Positions 25,038 to 64,000 of a stretch of DNA of 64,000 bases are shown here, one piece after another. The first letter of the stretch is position 1; every line of letters begins with the position of its first letter. The DNA lies in assembly GCA_030141605.1 (NCBI GenBank), contig JAQGDQ010000913.1:16966-80965 (forward strand). The letters run 5' to 3'. The notes beneath the pieces were generated by a model that was not told where the DNA came from, did no database searches, and saw only the letters and a program-made list of their open reading frames with translations. The position numbers and the translations under genes were made by a program. The DNA is from Tubiluchus corallicola. Its lineage: Eukaryota; Animalia; Priapulida.

Positions 25038-25815
25038 ATAAGCATTTTCATGCATATTAATTTAAGTACAATATTGTAACAAAAACATATAAAAAGTTAC
25101 AGCAATATATACGCATAAATAATTTCTTATTTCTACTCTCTTGACCGCTGATATACAATAGCATAAAATTACTAGTAAACTATACGAGATTAAATACTAT
25201 ACATGATGATATGTTAGTAAGCAAAAAAACAGTTTCCAGACCTTCATTTTTAGAAAATTTTATACTCAGTTTAAAATAATACAACTCAATTAGTACAGTC
25301 ACTCACAGTATAGTTAAGGGAAACATTTTTATTGAAAACTTTAAAAATATAAAATGCTAGAAACATGTCACAAACGTTGTAAAGAGCATCTTTAATGTCG
25401 CCAACAAACTGAAATACTTACAATGCAAACTGAGGACAGCTAAAGATACTTACAAACATTAAGTTATCATAATACAAAGATTTATAAGCGAAAAGATATT
25501 TATTAATATTTAACTGAACATAACAAAGCTGGTCTGAAGTCGAGTTCATACCAGTAGTACACAACAACATAATTTGTCAGAGCCACCTATGTGATATTAC
25601 CACGTTTGAATACACACACATGCTTGCAAACGCATAGGCCCTGGTGAACACACTATCAGAAACAATTCGTATTTATACACATACGTTCATACACTCTCAC
25701 AGGTTCCAAACACCAATCAATTGTAACAGGTAGAGGTAACAGGTAGAGGAAATGGTTAAAACTGATGAAACAGAAAATAATAACAAAACTGGAATAAATG
25801 ATTTAGATCACTTAC

Positions 25816-62650
<36,835 letters not shown>

Positions 62651-64000
62651 AAAACAGGGAAACATACAGGGCAAAAATAGCAGTTTAATCGATAATTACA
62701 GTCTTTTTCGTTATCGTTTTTCAGGTTTTGTAACTATCTAGTACAACAGTTCTTCACCGATTACCTATTGATTCCTATTATTAATGGTATTCTATTATAG
62801 TGTTCAAAGGGGATAAATAAATTGAAATTGAATTCAAAGAAATATCAAAACCGATATTATTAGCACAAAAAAATCAAGAAAGAGACACAGCAAATATATA
62901 ATTAACTTTCTGTGTTATTGATCGTGTTGAATCAGCCTGGCATAATGCATGCAATTGCTGCTATTTTTACTAAATGATTTTGCTCAGGATTATTATGAGT
63001 TGAGAATGTTGATGACTATAGATGGTTACTTCTCCATTTATTAACCAGGTCCACCACGCTTAACTCCGCCGCTGAGTACGAGCTAAGAAAGAAAAGTGAG
63101 AACACAGTCATTGAGTATGAATGTAACAGTAATAGGTCTAAAAAGCTTTTTAAATAGAATTCAATGCAATAACAGTGTTTTCAAAGACAAATATTTTATT
63201 TTATTTAAGGCTATTTCACACACTAAACGCTTAAGATTACCTCTAGCCATTATAATTCTTTAGCAAAAATTTCTGAGACTTGGTTTAACTAGGTCTTTTT
63301 TGTCCTTTAAGGTCAAACTATGATATGAGCTTTTGCAGCTTAAATTCCAACACTCATTACGAATATTCAATTTAATTGATTATAAATTTACTGAAAAACT
63401 TGTTACTTTTGATTTTCGTCACTTCATTATTAGTGGCATTAAATTTGAAGAACCTCCATTTTTTCGTTGCACGAGACGAATGACGTCATGAGTGCAGTCA
63501 CGAGTTCACCCAAGATCGGTAACCAAACACCGGTAACCATGGACGCTTTCTATGCCTCGTGCATGTCATTCTCGCTTATTCGTGCCAAAGATGCAAAACA
63601 TGGCGATCGTTACAGCAATGCGCGTGTTTGAAATTCGCAAAAAAGGGAGTTATCTAATTAGCAAGTCTCTTTTGTTTAATAACACCTACGAATTCTTTAT
63701 GTAATCATAATAATGCGTTAAAAAACTTCAATATTTGTTGGGGTTACGTAGGCCTTTAACAATATATTAAAGTACCAAGTATTATCATATAATATATATA
63801 TATATATATTATATTATATCATTTATGTATATAGACAATCTGCTTAGACACATTTCAGTAAAATCCAACATAATTTCTGTGTATAAAAATAATTTTCTTG
63901 AATACAAATTTGGGATAACTATCATTCTTTTTTTCTTTTTTATCTCTTGTGCAGTCTGGCACTCGGCAACCTGTGGTTTAACACTCAACTTGCAAGGCAT

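Noticed and set aside
63030-63082. Additional exon of the lectin gene (SYSAAELSVVDLVNKWR)
   Set aside because: Plausible AG/GT but no domain similarity, and it lies inside the suspected insertion.

Overview
AT-rich, intron-containing eukaryotic DNA that looks like an invertebrate animal; the species cannot be determined from sequence alone. Three genes are supported. (1) A + strand chymotrypsin-family (S1) serine protease with five exons recovered (4027-9833), an intact His/Asp/Ser triad and a GPI-like tail; its 5' exon(s) were not found. (2) A + strand single-coding-exon ankyrin-repeat protein with a FEM-1/SOCS-VHL-type C-terminal box (11973-14570). (3) A large - strand modular extracellular protein gene (about 62650 down to about 25800), most of which the ORF track misses. 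It contains a tandemly duplicated ~10 kb block of three non-canonical C-type lectin-like domains (CTLD A'-B'-C'-A-B-C, three exons each, upstream copy partly broken) followed by 26 intact, phase 1-1, near-identical calcium-binding EGF exons. The most striking signal is the contrast inside this gene. The EGF stalk is homogenised, introns included, while paralogous CTLD exons are far more divergent, mostly by amino-acid changes, than the near-identical intron between them. This is the pattern expected of a diversifying recognition protein, which is an inference. Other notable items are recurrent tandem amplification of exon-end/splice-donor segments in two unrelated genes and an apparent compensatory cysteine shift in one EGF repeat. 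Mobile DNA includes a decayed BEL/Pao element, two solo LTRs, a hAT-type MITE, LINE remnants and two dispersed repeat families. All exon models were read by hand from GT/AG sites and phase continuity, with no transcript evidence.
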